This document shows positions 53,101 to 58,727 of a DNA stretch of 58,727 nt, piece by piece. Positions within the stretch are counted from its first letter, which is position 1. Every line of letters begins with the position of its first letter. The stretch comes from a virus. Taxonomy: Duplodnaviria > Caudoviricetes. The notes below the pieces were generated by a model. It worked only from the letters and a program-made list of their open reading frames with translations. It searched no databases and was not told the DNA's origin. The stretch lies in IMG/VR virus record IMGVR_UViG_3300032287_001165, positions 1 through 58,727 of that record, one strand, 5' to 3'. A program made the position numbers and the translations under genes.

Positions 53101-53774
53101 TTCTGCGCTGCTTGAGACGCGGCTTCTTGTGCGGCCTCCTCGCCGCCAGCCATCAGGGCACGCTTGACATACGACGTGGCACCCTCAAGCACAGGCTCCC
53201 CAAGACGTTTCAGAATACGTGTGGGGGCAAACATCTCTGTCGCACCGACCACGGCACCCAGTGCAGTGGAAGCAGTTTGTTGTCCTTCTGTCGCGCCTTC
53301 AGCGGCAGATTTCTCTACCTGTGTGCCAGCACCAGCGCCAATACCAAGGCCATATCCGGCTACACGCCCAGCCAGACCAAACGGCCCAGTGGCAAGGAAC
53401 GGTGCAATAGAGCCTGCGGCTTCACCAAACTTGCGCCCCACCGTGTCTTCATACCCCGGCGCAGCAGCAAACGGAGCCTTGGCTGCGGCAGCAGTCTCTT
53501 TGATGTATTTTTGTGTGGCTTTTTCTTGTTCTTCTGGGAGCAGTGCGGATATACCGGTACCAGCTTGCTCAACAAGACCAATAGCGCCGGGGACAAGACC
53601 TTTAAAGAATTCTTTGGTCTGCCCACCAAACGTGGTTTCTTTTGGTGCTGCCGGAGCTGCAAGTCTAAACGCCTCAGGATACATCTGCTGCGCTCGGGCA
53701 TATGCCTGCTGCGGGGTTTCCCCCTCTCTGATTGCTACGTAACTACCATCTGGTAACGGGACAGCTTGAGGCAT
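44049..53774 (-). CDS. Giant (3241 aa) polyvalent virion/ejection protein: metallopeptidase-like, ART-like and LPD38-like domains
   Basis: LLHEVGVH; WHGTG..FD.FD...TG..AQSYGWG.Y; C-terminal PFFNAQIQG...IPVPFEIG; follows ejection genes. Confidence 0.75.
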   Translation of the reverse strand: MPQAVPLPDGSYVAIREGETPQQAYARAQQMYPEAFRLAAPAAPKETTFGGQTKEFFKGLVPGAIGLVEQAGTGISALLPEEQEKATQKYIKETAAAAKAPFAAAPGYEDTVGRKFGEAAGSIAPFLATGPFGLAGRVAGYGLGIGAGAGTQVEKSAAEGATEGQQTASTALGAVVGATEMFAPTRILKRLGEPVLEGATSYVKRALMAGGEEAAQEAASQAAQNIITKGIYKPEQEIIEQVGESAAYGGAVGALAQGLLDLAIGRRAPTTPLTDEVKQARAEAEKQQEEEKIRLNSPEYAQEVFQKTQDLEAQRKALKSQLIPIKKGISPETDYANNREINRQIEAINKELKPLADEYVRVKPILKRAAEEEKVAKLTPYEYALGLKPEEAAQAPSEPRMYYDQEIVPPTAPKAEDAATRYAAESIQLANNQQLASEKAPNAAVADYVAYLMRNPNLAEDIERNRMQLPGLPTGVRNSAVLDALKLQLAPARKEKATAEKTAFEQEMGARKTAFGVPQPTEESPQVQAFTSYMDDLKSQRDDVGDDMFFKYMVEPKLEKIAEGKPPVIAVNPELKPFTQPKMAERSREKINTLLDEIDQANTDRDAALRSNNRDAATAAFERGNQALEQINAFAEPTPAGELTKGRFPSAKTSPQASVYAREVLRVRNEQNTALNTIEDKIDRLRRGDALGREGVEPGKGVAAATPEMLAKQAEEARGKYISAVLEEAAIHRRVSGKPELTYDEAIKAASRIHDVVGEWLSRAQAAPVKPELEEVVVQPAQMRANKLIRGAVTKRVLKTRDLATTPLNEIARLSDKEVKHFKAQIAKVVDNLSQLPSTATREVPVLKQQFAATEAQKVAEARGETAKTTGGEMRRLREYVGNMIDKALTRNPPEEIQNSLERAKEIIDDGKASKTLLDAAQNQAARILRGEDLGKQVYTKREAVSGKRVVENVPGREAETRFGERGRKYKTVSYEAELAPEGSSLRELQDAIKLYERTAQEGEAVGEGEKGQGQLFPETRKELGYIRATAANFAKSPQIKPVWEALAQARKVKAKTEAKQKARSARDKQGFAQVEAIEEQLEAIKNQMQFFLLKPGDFNIGKYSNADIAKMFASYPEAGVTKEDKLLMDRYLQVSRQNIGKTAAQQEKAMSVFTEEQKQKVNKLIQDFNTNKIPEYEKNVKQALQALSLGQRLESTNNRLVELMQDSNAAVRKQSEAARKTVEPLLEKLKLIKDSLRNSVFLTDGQRAMLDSEIALQSQRGAYKDAMAKAMGKARQRLSNTLGELLDPEIERARRALKAAKTRLATVESQIEAAKKEMTEGTGQAPNLINNLQKVQGLVENIEAAETELADLQEARFGEIENDVVVTEAMLDKDLKAEREYLELLERQLATMRKEPLTAVETGRVGALGKLKYPFAAQRLESQVKAQQAAVDEAQKRAEEFQKDVQVWWPKVTAAFKKDGISVKDLPGAVFEKGRKVAEISTPEQKRLDDLRDKGMQAAKEVDEAEVLQRVKDKQTQIFDDEIFDARGEVQSFMGPENMDQLADIMADPKTTNVKRVQATLKLGAMQKLASLEAQKEVFLAGKPAPEPKAATVPSTAALAAAKPFRTGSGVTKALTPEELDEMNRAEIRDANDLSKKIFGTKAPQLKEPSKRKQGKMLDPNMGLFDDFEFSRGTPVKGLTKAELEAELTAGMGEPVTGRKVEALVSNKLAVYESVQDFLDKQPKLKSTGKSEYEGLIPADAKGFVQNGKAVLFANNIGKGHGLGVLLHEVGVHMGFRNFFNEGQYNALVKTVKNWANKTEDSMEARVGKAAVRRVEAANTPPHQIDDELLAYAVEEAMQMGVEPVGVKGGNAVKNWLKMVVDGFRKALEKFGISAKNLTAGDLVNFAYGAAHLELKGTWHGTGVKFDMFDHTYMNTGSKAQSYGWGTYRAQKYGTAESYRVEAVTKIGGLYDQWIDRPDIQAWFESQKPRFVGKLPAGIPEQFLNMPLREAGNANGIENPHKVFKEAIQGEIENIEAEKPKYPLANLPASAKPTRTAIPITAAQVRAMGTPTRVTATPIRNYGYGPVAVKTVAKPTSWRVEWMRGLSLEEVDKKIQELKKFAETADADLAAVYYAPVYRGKDYIDTYKTNIAAAKVIHAFEKMMDANDGVPPSWKEAIARVKTEETKTLKEFEDFFKRFTYGKDPYTKQVYDEAKETVNAIDAFDVNDFQYNPASAPPVPEPAGYMMRTLHTRPENEYILYDSHADKQPEVVKDAFKRIYDSLDKKQQAVFNRSIGHVRADRQNGRDLYNALGAVLEQNGMPSELCDMFASEMLHAEGVAGIKFFDGVSRYSATSSGVPGTYNYVDFGDKDEGAQIIATDINPINQTQPMQKGEILFSRAADFTNPEIAKRGGFIKKIVAKDRSLWQKIKANLTGLAFETQLVDRFAGFERLAKYMEPLKGTQMLYYLRMYDQRMNFVSQAISNGAPAIVEKTRPDGRVERVIESKESANIHNVVQILKDAQPMVGNAEAVNSVFTLYMAALRAKNKGLSTLNFGEDVTQELLDDTMAAIKATPGLEDVLKLARDEYNAYNRNLVEFVVSTGALSKDVAKRLLSENDYIPFYRERNGVAELLIGGESPIRIGSIAEQPYLHELIGGDKPILDFMTSSVQNTNMLMDMGMRNLATKNAVFELVDLKAAKFVKIADGPDVVKFRDDGKDRYAVIATEKVKIGNKEFDTGVPADILVKGMKGIPTQMPTMLRVMAMPSQLLRKAITISPLYTAKQLFRDSLAAPILSGADFMPVIGALKELNSTTKKTLERRGVTGGQQFTGGAADLTKILRDVAEGKPGWMTALGKLEAMSMEADATTRRAQYNSYIEQGLSEMEATLLALESMNFNKRGASPSVHVANSLIPFFNAQIQGLNVLYKASMGKMPFNDQVRIREKLLQRGAMMAVASLAYAALMQDDDAYKNATPDQKYGNWFVRVPGLDEPVRIPVPFEIGYIFKALPEALYNSMVNEHGGEEAVKAFKQILLQTVPGGSSYGIPQALKPAIEAGLGKSFYTGRDILSAREKELLPEEQFRANTSELAKSVGKAFGISPIVFEQLISGYTGTMGLAFMHALSVGVPTGETPEQAVKRLSDYPIIGGAFQPNDAGGIINSVYERMNENLKVKQSFDRMVAEGRMSEAKDLLQRRGNEYMQADLANKFKANMNKLTQAERAITASSMTPEAKREQLDQIRKIKIAVAQTVREVSDKTIHLSIPF

Positions 53775-53849
53775 ATTATTTTCCGAATTGTGCGGCTTGG
53801 TCTTACAACCGCAGCAGGCCGAACTACTGCGGTTGTGGGAGTTTAACGC

Positions 53850-55547
53850 TTATGGGCGAAGATTTGTAGCACCCCCCGGCACGTTAACCGGATTAATCAT
53901 CATCCCTTGCATGTGCTGCTTGATAGACGCTGCCAACTGACGATCTTGTGCTGAACCAGCTTCAAGGCGCGGCAACAATGATGGGTCTTTAAGCGCTTCC
54001 AAAGCAAATGCGTTGATGCCTTTAGATTCTGTACCTGCTGTTGCATAGTCTTTGTATGCGGCAAGCAGTTTGGGGTTTGAAAGAATACGTTCGATGCCGG
54101 TAGGCGCATTGGCTTGTATTTGAGTACGTTGCAGTGCAGCAGCATTGTTTGCTGCGTCCCGTTGTGCTTGTGCGCTTTGCTCAAACACTGATTTGTTTGC
54201 TTGCATTTGCACGTCATTTGCTGAACGTGCGTTTGCAGAAGCCAACGTGGTGCTGGTATTCCAGATATTGGATGCGGCATCTTTGTTGGTTTTGAACAGT
54301 GTGGCGGTAATGTCAATACCTTTTTCATTGACCCGAGCCAGTCGATCAGTTGCTTTTTCTTGCAACCCCACAGACGTTTTAAAGTCGTCTCGTGCAGCAG
54401 CGTTGCGTGCGGCTTCAATTTCAGCGTAGGCTTTGTCGCGCTCAATGGCCAGTTTGCGGAAATCTTTGATAGACGCTGAGTAGTCTTCCAAACCTGCCAT
54501 TGCGCCTTTGCCAATATTCTCAAACGCGTTTTGGGACGTTCCAGCCATCATGCCCAGACCGGCTTTAAAGATTGCCATTGCCTTGGCATCTGCTTTGCTT
54601 ACAACATCTTCAGCCTCACGTTGTTTCAAACGCGCTTCTGCTTGTTCTCCGGGTTTTGCTAACCCAGCAAGACCTTTTTCGTAGGCTTTGGAAAGGTCTT
54701 CGTTTGACTTGATCGTGTCTGAGCGAAGTTGGTTAATACCCGTAGTGAGTTCTGATCCAGTGCCAAACTTGTTGCTTGCAGCCACAGCTTCTTCAGCAGT
54801 CATCGGTTCTGTTTTCAACGCTTTTACACCCGACATCAAATCAACAGGCGCAGCAGTTACGGCAGGCGCAACAGGTTTAGCCGCAACAGGAGCAGCGGCA
54901 GGAGTAGCAGGAGCAGCGGCAGGTGCAGCAGGTTTAGCCGCAACAGGAACAGGGGGCGCAACCTTGGCACCAACGGGGTAGTCAAACGGCCCAGATGGGC
55001 GGCTTGCTGCCGGAGCGGCAGCTGCTGGGCTTGAAAGCGCTTTGATTGCTGCAATTGCTTCTTCTTTGGAAGCAAACTTTTGTCCTTTTAACGGTGTCAA
55101 AGGGCTTGGATTACGTGGGTTGTAAGGGGCGCTAACGTAGTACGGCTGACCAATACCGCCGGTGTAAATGTAGTCTTCAGGGTTGCCCGTAAACACGCCG
55201 CCAGCATACCCCGGCACTTTGCCACCATCTTCAAACGCAACAATGCCGCCCTCAGCCATGCGCTGCATGTTCTGGGCAGGAAGCTGGCCAATGCCTGTAT
55301 CTTCGGGAAGCATTTGTTGTTGCGGTGCAGGAGCCACCATCTGGGCAATCTGTTGGTCAGCCACTTTGGGTTGCGGCATCATGCCTGCTTGGCCAGCTTG
55401 ACCCGCTTTCATCTGTTTCTTCTGGTTTGCAATAGACAGCGCCAGCGTCACGATGTAAGGATCGTTTTTGTGCAACGCAGCATATTGCTGCAACTGCGGC
55501 AGCTCCATGCGGGACATCGTATCGGTGAGAGTCTTTACGTTAAGCAT
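53850..55547 (-). CDS. Internal virion / ejection protein
   Basis: 565 aa Ala/Gln-rich helical; MAEGGIVAF; AAGGA RBS. Confidence 0.65.
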   Translation of the reverse strand: MLNVKTLTDTMSRMELPQLQQYAALHKNDPYIVTLALSIANQKKQMKAGQAGQAGMMPQPKVADQQIAQMVAPAPQQQMLPEDTGIGQLPAQNMQRMAEGGIVAFEDGGKVPGYAGGVFTGNPEDYIYTGGIGQPYYVSAPYNPRNPSPLTPLKGQKFASKEEAIAAIKALSSPAAAAPAASRPSGPFDYPVGAKVAPPVPVAAKPAAPAAAPATPAAAPVAAKPVAPAVTAAPVDLMSGVKALKTEPMTAEEAVAASNKFGTGSELTTGINQLRSDTIKSNEDLSKAYEKGLAGLAKPGEQAEARLKQREAEDVVSKADAKAMAIFKAGLGMMAGTSQNAFENIGKGAMAGLEDYSASIKDFRKLAIERDKAYAEIEAARNAAARDDFKTSVGLQEKATDRLARVNEKGIDITATLFKTNKDAASNIWNTSTTLASANARSANDVQMQANKSVFEQSAQAQRDAANNAAALQRTQIQANAPTGIERILSNPKLLAAYKDYATAGTESKGINAFALEALKDPSLLPRLEAGSAQDRQLAASIKQHMQGMMINPVNVPGGATNLRP

Positions 55548-55556
55548 GAGTGTTCC

Positions 55557-56723
55557 TTACTGCATTTTCATCAGTGCCAACTCAGCCAAACCGGCTGGTT
55601 GTTTTTTTGCTTTGATCGAACCGCCCTTGGCTTTGCCCGCGACTGAGCCGGTGCTACCCAGACCGCCAAGTTGAGACAGTCCGTATGCGGCTGTGCCTAA
55701 ACCAGCCAATTGAGAAGCCATGCTTGGCGCGGCTTGATACACCTGCGTGGTGGCTGACTGCATGGGCAGACCGCGAGTCAACGCGTTCATATTGGCCAAC
55801 TGCAACATGGGGTACTGCTGCGCGGTTGCGTAGTCCTGAATCTGTTGATTGATCTTGGCTTGCTCCAACGCTTGTTGTTGTGCGCCGTACTGGTTCTGCA
55901 ACTGGTTGATGCCCATTTGCTGGCCGTAGATATTTTGGCCGAGTTGCCCCAACTGGCCTGCGGCTTGTAGCCCGGTCTGAAGACCTTGCATACCGAGGGT
56001 GGCACCAAACTGTTGTTGGCCGATGTTGGCTTGTTGCGCCTGCATCCGTGCGGCTTGATCGGCGTTGAACTGCTGCTGCGCTTGGCTGAATGCGGTATTG
56101 AGTCCCTGCGCTTGGATAGCGCCTTGCTGGTCAGCTAACGCACGGTTTGCTTCGGCATCAGTAATGGCTTGACGTGAACCACCGAAAGCGCCAGCTTGCA
56201 CAGCTTGTGCATTGCGCCCTGTTCTGGCTATGTCGGCTTGGCGTTGGGCTGCGGCTTGCTGAACATTTACCACGCTTTGCATATACGGGTTCATGTACTG
56301 TTCAGCTTGACGTTGGCCAAACTGTTGAGACCGCGCCATCATCGGGTCATACTGCATACCCATAGCACCCATACCGGCAGCGCCGGTCATGCCCGCAGCA
56401 ATACCAGTTTCAGGCGTTACGCCCATATTTGCCGCTTGCCGTTGTGCTTGTTGTTGTAATGGAGAGAACCCCGCAAAGTAATCGTTGGGGTCAGTGCTGA
56501 ATGGTTTGTACGGCTTTATATTTGTGGGGTTGCCCGCAGCATCGTAGTTAAAAATTTCTTTTTGCGCGGAGCCAAGCATTTGCTCAACATATGGCTGAGC
56601 ATATTCAGGAATGTTTGATGTCTGTGAATACGTTGTGTTTGGTTGACTGCTTCCGCCACCGCCCATGTACAAGATGAACTGCTGACCAGTCAGCCAGTTA
56701 AAAAAACGTTTGACAATATTCAT
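55557..56723 (-). CDS. DNA pilot / ejection protein
   Basis: GGGGS N-terminal region, YMNPY, GAFGGSRQ, Gln-rich, hydrophobic Gly-rich C-terminal segment. Confidence 0.7.
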   Translation of the reverse strand: MNIVKRFFNWLTGQQFILYMGGGGSSQPNTTYSQTSNIPEYAQPYVEQMLGSAQKEIFNYDAAGNPTNIKPYKPFSTDPNDYFAGFSPLQQQAQRQAANMGVTPETGIAAGMTGAAGMGAMGMQYDPMMARSQQFGQRQAEQYMNPYMQSVVNVQQAAAQRQADIARTGRNAQAVQAGAFGGSRQAITDAEANRALADQQGAIQAQGLNTAFSQAQQQFNADQAARMQAQQANIGQQQFGATLGMQGLQTGLQAAGQLGQLGQNIYGQQMGINQLQNQYGAQQQALEQAKINQQIQDYATAQQYPMLQLANMNALTRGLPMQSATTQVYQAAPSMASQLAGLGTAAYGLSQLGGLGSTGSVAGKAKGGSIKAKKQPAGLAELALMKMQ

Positions 56724-57127
56724 AATTCAATCCTCATCACTTGGTGGGTGTTTTCCAGCCCCATCTTTTCGTACATCTGAACCAACGTGCCTCGCGCCCA
56801 ACACTGTGCTTTAGTTGCCCCAAAGGTTTTCATCCATTGTTTGGCTTCTTCAAACACGTGCTGTCGGACTATCCCTTTGCCGCCCATCAAATTGACGTGC
56901 GCGACGCGCTCACGCGGGTAGTCCATGAATTCCACAGTTACAGCACCTGTAATGCCTTCATTTGGTTCTTCCCACACCAAAAGAAACACTCTGCCGGTTC
57001 GCACCGAGTACTCCACTTGCTCAATGGTAATCATCTCAGGTTCAAGGTCAATGGCTTTTTGCAACAACGGCGCAGCAATAGGCCACACTTGCGGCAACTC
57101 ATTTGGGCGTATTTGGTACAGCGGCAT
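56720..57127 (-). CDS. GNAT-like protein in ejection module
   Basis: Alpha/beta pattern ending YEKMGLE; position analogous to T7 gp13. Confidence 0.5.
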   Translation of the reverse strand: MPLYQIRPNELPQVWPIAAPLLQKAIDLEPEMITIEQVEYSVRTGRVFLLVWEEPNEGITGAVTVEFMDYPRERVAHVNLMGGKGIVRQHVFEEAKQWMKTFGATKAQCWARGTLVQMYEKMGLENTHQVMRIEL

Positions 57128-57129
57128 GT

Positions 57130-58299
57130 TTAAGCTAAGTACTTCTCAGGGTTAATTTGTTTGCCTTGTTTCTTTGTGCCTGTACGGGCTTTACGAACCC
57201 TGTCCATCATCTTGTACAGCTGTTTGGCACCAGCTTCAGAGGAGCCATTACCGAGGTGGGAAACCACATCGGCAGGAACTACAAACTCTTCGTTGGCCAA
57301 GCGTGCGGGCTGTTTGTTGGCAATTGTTGCAGGGATGTCGTCAGACATGCCGTCTCCGGGGCCTTTGAGCATGCGCCCACCACGAGCATAGTCAGAGTAA
57401 CCACCCAAATCAGCCAGACCGCCATGTGCATATTGCGCACGATAGTAGTTTGGCGTTGGTGGTTCGTAGCCTGAGTATGCGCCAGCGTTAAACGTGGATT
57501 TGTATTTTGGTTTTTCGTAGGGTTTGGGTTTATTCAAGTAGTTGTACGCAGACATTGCCCCCAACCCCGTACTCAGTGGGTTTTTCTTTGCGTACTCAAC
57601 TCCTTGGTTAAGCAGACTTTCCAACCCGCCTGAACCCGGCGCAGCATTTGGCGCGGTTGTTTGCGGAGTCCACTCAAGAGGTTTTTCTACTTGGTTCATT
57701 GCCGAAGGCGCAGCTTCTGGCTGTCCTGCGAACTGCGTAGGAAACCTTGTATCAACAGGTGGTTGTGCAGCGGCGGGGGCTTCTACAACAGGTGCAGCAG
57801 GTAATTCCATGGTAGGCGCAACGGTAGGAGCCACAGTGTTAACGGGAGCTTGAGGAATCGGGGGTAGTGGGTTACCTACAGACCCCGGATAGTTCGCTGC
57901 ATTTACAAGAGGTTCAGCAGGGCCAGCAAACGAGTTGTTTAAAAACTCTGCCTGTGACATAGGGATATTGTTTGCTTGCGCTTGTTGAAATACTTGCTCA
58001 ATCCCTGTGGGATTTGCGTTTGCACCCACCTCTTGCGCCAAAGTCTGAATGCCGCTGGTTGATGCCTGTTGTGCGGCTTGTTGTGCAGCCTGTTGTGCAG
58101 CAGCTTCGGATGCAGCTTGTGTGGCGGCTTGCTGTGCGGCTTGTTCTGCGGCGGCTTGGGCTGCGGCTTGTGTGGCGGCTTCGGCAGCGGCGGCTTCGGC
58201 AGCGGCTTGGGCTGCGGCTTCGGCAGCGGCAATTTCTGCGGCAGTTGCGGTTGTTGCAACAGCGGCTTCTGCGGCTACAGGCAAAGCTAATTGGGGCAT
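57130..58299 (-). CDS. Internal virion protein with conserved GPGDGMSD domain
   Basis: Ala/Gln/Pro low-complexity N-terminus; GPGDGMSDDIPA...EFVVPADVVS..GNGS. Confidence 0.7.
   Translation of the reverse strand: MPQLALPVAAEAAVATTATAAEIAAAEAAAQAAAEAAAAEAATQAAAQAAAEQAAQQAATQAASEAAAQQAAQQAAQQASTSGIQTLAQEVGANANPTGIEQVFQQAQANNIPMSQAEFLNNSFAGPAEPLVNAANYPGSVGNPLPPIPQAPVNTVAPTVAPTMELPAAPVVEAPAAAQPPVDTRFPTQFAGQPEAAPSAMNQVEKPLEWTPQTTAPNAAPGSGGLESLLNQGVEYAKKNPLSTGLGAMSAYNYLNKPKPYEKPKYKSTFNAGAYSGYEPPTPNYYRAQYAHGGLADLGGYSDYARGGRMLKGPGDGMSDDIPATIANKQPARLANEEFVVPADVVSHLGNGSSEAGAKQLYKMMDRVRKARTGTKKQGKQINPEKYLA
58040..58280. repeat. Low-complexity GCGGCTT/GCAGC repeats encoding A/E/Q repeats
   Basis: Visible degenerate tandem repeats. 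Confidence 0.7.
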
Positions 58300-58300
58300 A

Positions 58301-58609
58301 TCAAACTCCTCGTTTCATCAAAACAAACCCGCCGTTACGAGCGAATTCTTTGAAACCAAACATGGTTATCAGCTTCTGGGCTTTTACATCATTTTCAAAG
58401 GGTGTAGCATACACTTCTGTGTACTTTTTGTCTTTAAAATTTTCAAGGATGCCTTTGAAAATTTGCTGATACCTTTTGAACTTGGATGGTGTCCAAGCAC
58501 CTTCTTTAAATGTCAAATGCAACGCCACCTTTGTGCGATTGAGCATGTAGTCACACAGCACTTCAATGTCGGTGTCTTCATAAAGCTTTTCTCTTACTGG
58601 TGGCATCAT
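58301..58609 (-). CDS. GNAT-like protein
   Basis: Start MMPPV; DVKAQKLITMFGF resembles GNAT motif B. Confidence 0.5.
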   Translation of the reverse strand: MMPPVREKLYEDTDIEVLCDYMLNRTKVALHLTFKEGAWTPSKFKRYQQIFKGILENFKDKKYTEVYATPFENDVKAQKLITMFGFKEFARNGGFVLMKRGV

Positions 58610-58727
58610 GTTGAGAGCGCAGACACAAATGAAAGTGTGGCTACGACGGACTGGGTGCTGGGGCGCACGGGGCCGGTTGAAGTGGGGTAGTGTTGAATTG
58701 ACACTGAGGCAAGGGTTGCTGACCACC
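58606..58727 (-). CDS. C-terminal end of a tail protein (partial)
   Basis: ...WSATLASVSIQHYPTSTGPVRPSTQSVVATLSFVSALST*; ATGA overlap. Confidence 0.55.
   Translation of the reverse strand, partial: WSATLASVSIQHYPTSTGPVRPSTQSVVATLSFVSALST

Noticed and set aside
51975-53756. Plus-strand ORFs of 338, 250 and 192 aa
   Set aside because: Shadows of the giant gene; no RBS or motif support
44049-53774. N4-like virion RNA polymerase (similar size)
   Set aside because: No recognisable RNAP catalytic motifs; peptidase-, ART- and LPD38-like motifs instead

Overview
The window is most of a tailed dsDNA phage genome (Caudoviricetes, podovirus-like architecture), cut inside the tail module at both ends and so probably a circularly permuted, near-complete genome. 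The gene content resembles uncultured freshwater phages; the host cannot be determined from sequence alone. Minus strand 1-21369 and 44049-58727 is the virion arm: TerS, TerL, portal, GroES, scaffold, Mu-gpT-like major capsid protein, a cluster of small Lys-rich proteins, connector and tail-fibre genes, ejection proteins and a 3241-aa polyvalent protein. Plus strand 21811-44128 is the early/replication arm: many small genes, a putative origin, a vWA-metallopeptidase/AAA+/DUF3150-like trio, VRR-NUC, PolA (Leu762 type), PD-(D/E)XK nuclease, HNH, SNF2 helicase, SSB, a Cro-like HTH and a primase-helicase. No integrase, tRNA, CRISPR array or reverse transcriptase was seen. The least explained signals are: (i) a hydrophobic-x-x-GG motif shared by the small basic proteins and the ejection proteins, a candidate capsid-cargo or maturation signal; (ii) five copies of a 27-bp palindrome in the early region, plus a second TGTC-N8-GACA operator family; (iii) a multiply pseudoknotted intergenic RNA ending in ACCA at 32704-32858; (iv) a candidate sRNA with an anti-Shine-Dalgarno seed at the divergence point. 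All family assignments are by eye from motifs; no database search was run.
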